DNA of 24,962 nucleotides from a virus (taxonomy: Duplodnaviria; Caudoviricetes): the IMG/VR virus record IMGVR_UViG_3300012952_000128, positions 1 to 24,962 of that record, one strand, 5' to 3'. The first letter of the stretch is position 1; the number at the start of each line of letters is the position of its first letter. This document shows, piece after piece, positions 22,981 through 24,962 of this stretch. A program made the translations under genes and the position numbers. Below the pieces are notes generated by a model. That model made no database searches. It saw nothing but the letters and a program-made list of their open reading frames with translations, and was not told the DNA's origin.

Positions 22981-24955
22981 CCGGTCTATCCTCTCGAACG
23001 TTGCTGCGCCCTCGGAACGTCTGAGCCTCGAACCCGGGCAGCAACACCCCATTGTTCGCCATGATCGCGGCCTGGTTACGGACCGTATCGTTCATCATGT
23101 CCGCCGCATTCTGCCAGACGGCTCGGCGGGACGCTTTGTCCTTAAACAGTCCCATGTCCCACATCCAACCCTCTGGATCACGGAACACGTCGCTGTATCG
23201 CTCAAACTCGTTTCGATCCAGCACCCCGCCGCCGAGGAGACGGTTATAGATGCTGACGGCGGTGTTGATGTCATTCACGACGTCAGGGTCATCAAAGAGG
23301 ACGGCCCCATCCTTACGCGCGAGCATCCGCTGGGCGATCTTCCCAAACTGGGCCGCGTCCTTGGAGAACTCCTTGAGCTTGTTGTTATCGGCCTTCCAGT
23401 CGCCGTCATACGTGCCGGGATCGACCTGGATGTAGGCGCGGCCATCCTCGCGCAGCACGCGCCGCTGCTGCCCCTCTGGCAGCTTGACGCCCGGAGGAAC
23501 CGCGACCTTCTTGGGGCGGAGCTCTAGCCTTCGCTTCTGGGCCTTCTCGCCGAGCCCGCTGATCTCCATCCGGGCGGTGTCGACGATGACCACGGAGTTG
23601 CCCTGGCCAAATGCGCGATAGGTGGGACCGCCCTGCTTTTGGGCGAGCGCCTCGATGCGGCGCAGGTCCTCGGGCGTCGGAGCGCGGCCAAGATCTTGCT
23701 GTCGCACCGCGGGGAGCTCAGGCGGCGTAGCCTTGCGCGCTGCTCGCCGTTTCTTGAGCGCGCCGCGGGCCTTGCCCTCCGCTTGCTTGGCTTGCTGCCG
23801 GGCGTTCTGCCCGAGCGCCTCCGTCGCCGCCTGGGCTTTGCCGACGCCACCGGCCGCCGCCTGCGCTGCGGCGTCCTGCTGGCTTTCGGGTGCGATGGTT
23901 TGCCCCGCGCTTGCTGCGATCATCTCTTGCGCCTGGCGCAGGGGTAGCGCCATCCGCAGCCCGTAGCTCTGGCGGGTGAGCTCCTCGACAAGCGACGCAT
24001 ACTTGAGCTGAATGTTGGCGATGGTCTCATCACCACGAGCGCGGAGGATCGGATCATTGGTCTGCGCGACCATGGCAGCGATCCTGTTTTCCGAGTAGCG
24101 AAGGAGGGTTGCTTGCATCGCGTTACTCGCCGCGAGGTCATCCCGGTACGCGCCGCGCATTTCCTGGGCGAGGTTAAGCCCCATCGTCGCGGCAAACTGC
24201 TTGTTCCGCATCGCCTCCTTCTGAACTTCCATGTCTCGGGCGATGGCCTGGTCGATGATCTTGAGCGCGACGTTTGGGCCGCCCGTTCGAGCGGATAGCA
24301 TGGCACCCGTCGCGATCGATAGCGCCGCGCCGAAGCTGGCAGCTTGCGCTCCTGTTCCGAAGAGCCGACCCGCCTGGGGAGCGGTCGCGCCGATCTCATC
24401 CGCCTGCGCCTGAAGCTGGCGGGTCTGGGCGATGCTGGCTTGCATCGCCTGCTCGCGCATCTGCCCGAGTCGCAGGCTCTCCTGCTCCATGGCGTCAGCG
24501 GTCTCGTTGAGAATCTTGGCGCGCTCGGCTTCCTGCTTAATAAAAGCGTCGGTGAGCCGACCTTGAACGCGCTTCTGCTCCTCCATGGCGTCACGCACGC
24601 CAGGGAGGCCCGGGGCTTGGGTGATCTTCCCCTCGACCGTCGCCATGGCTGGCCCACGTCCTCGGGGCTGCGCTCTCGGCTTCATCGTGTAGACGGTGCC
24701 ATCAGGGGCGGTGTATTGCCCTGTTTGGATGTCCTCCTTCTGCTGGGTGGTCAGAGGATCGGGGGCGGCGGGTTTACCCGCGAGACGGCCTTGCACAGCC
24801 GGACTCGGTCCGGGCGGCGCGGGAGCTCGGCGCGGAGCCGGGGGCTCAGCGCGCAGCATCTCCGGCGGCTGGTCGTCCTGACCCGGCTCTTCGGGCACCA
24901 CGCGAAACTGGTTATTTCCCCGGGGCGGGGACGTGCCGAGGCTGTTACCGCTCAT
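22973..24955 (-). CDS. Internal virion / DNA ejection protein (putative)
   Basis: 660 aa, Gln/Ala-rich coiled coil with a hydrophobic patch (FGAALSIATGAML) followed by NVALKIIDQAIARDMEVQK. Adjacent to the larger ejection-like gene. Confidence 0.6.
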   Translation of the reverse strand: MSGNSLGTSPPRGNNQFRVVPEEPGQDDQPPEMLRAEPPAPRRAPAPPGPSPAVQGRLAGKPAAPDPLTTQQKEDIQTGQYTAPDGTVYTMKPRAQPRGRGPAMATVEGKITQAPGLPGVRDAMEEQKRVQGRLTDAFIKQEAERAKILNETADAMEQESLRLGQMREQAMQASIAQTRQLQAQADEIGATAPQAGRLFGTGAQAASFGAALSIATGAMLSARTGGPNVALKIIDQAIARDMEVQKEAMRNKQFAATMGLNLAQEMRGAYRDDLAASNAMQATLLRYSENRIAAMVAQTNDPILRARGDETIANIQLKYASLVEELTRQSYGLRMALPLRQAQEMIAASAGQTIAPESQQDAAAQAAAGGVGKAQAATEALGQNARQQAKQAEGKARGALKKRRAARKATPPELPAVRQQDLGRAPTPEDLRRIEALAQKQGGPTYRAFGQGNSVVIVDTARMEISGLGEKAQKRRLELRPKKVAVPPGVKLPEGQQRRVLREDGRAYIQVDPGTYDGDWKADNNKLKEFSKDAAQFGKIAQRMLARKDGAVLFDDPDVVNDINTAVSIYNRLLGGGVLDRNEFERYSDVFRDPEGWMWDMGLFKDKASRRAVWQNAADMMNDTVRNQAAIMANNGVLLPGFEAQTFRGRSNVREDRPDG

Positions 24956-24962
24956 CGCTTAC

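Noticed and set aside
23920-24657. 245-aa same-strand alternate-frame ORF within the 660-aa gene
   Set aside because: Arg/Ser/Pro-rich composition typical of off-frame GC-rich sequence; no independent support.
1-24962. Apparent abundance of GAGCTC/AGCT as a possible methyltransferase target signature
   Set aside because: Explainable by GAG-CTC/CTG (Glu-Leu) codon pairs in high-GC genes; not counted, and would need a codon-aware k-mer test.

Overview
GC-rich, gene-dense segment of a tailed dsDNA phage genome, probably podovirus-like and cut from a circularly permuted assembly. No integrase or host genes are visible. Minus strand, 8475 to 1: putative small terminase, GNAT-fold protein, large terminase, portal, scaffold, major capsid and two probable virion proteins. 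Minus strand, 17091 to 9769: YqaJ-type exonuclease, RHH protein, Sak/DUF1071 annealase, SSB-like protein, C5 cytosine methyltransferase, small hypotheticals and a SleB-like hydrolase/membrane-protein pair. A DnaB-like ATPase and a Holliday-junction-resolvase-like nuclease are the only convincing plus-strand genes. Minus strand, 24955 to 18340: two large probable ejection proteins, a holin-like gene and a caspase-like (His-Gly/Ala-Cys) peptidase. The most unusual part is the ~1.3 kb gene-free interval 8476-9768. It holds a ~760-nt block of densely nested inverted repeats behind its own candidate promoter (candidate large structured ncRNA or structured origin), followed by G/C tracts and a TGATAC/TGTGCC repeat cluster resembling a packaging or terminus region. 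Also notable: the methyltransferase appears split into two polypeptides encoded in overlapping frames. All calls come from reading motifs and pairings by eye; no searches or folding programs were run.
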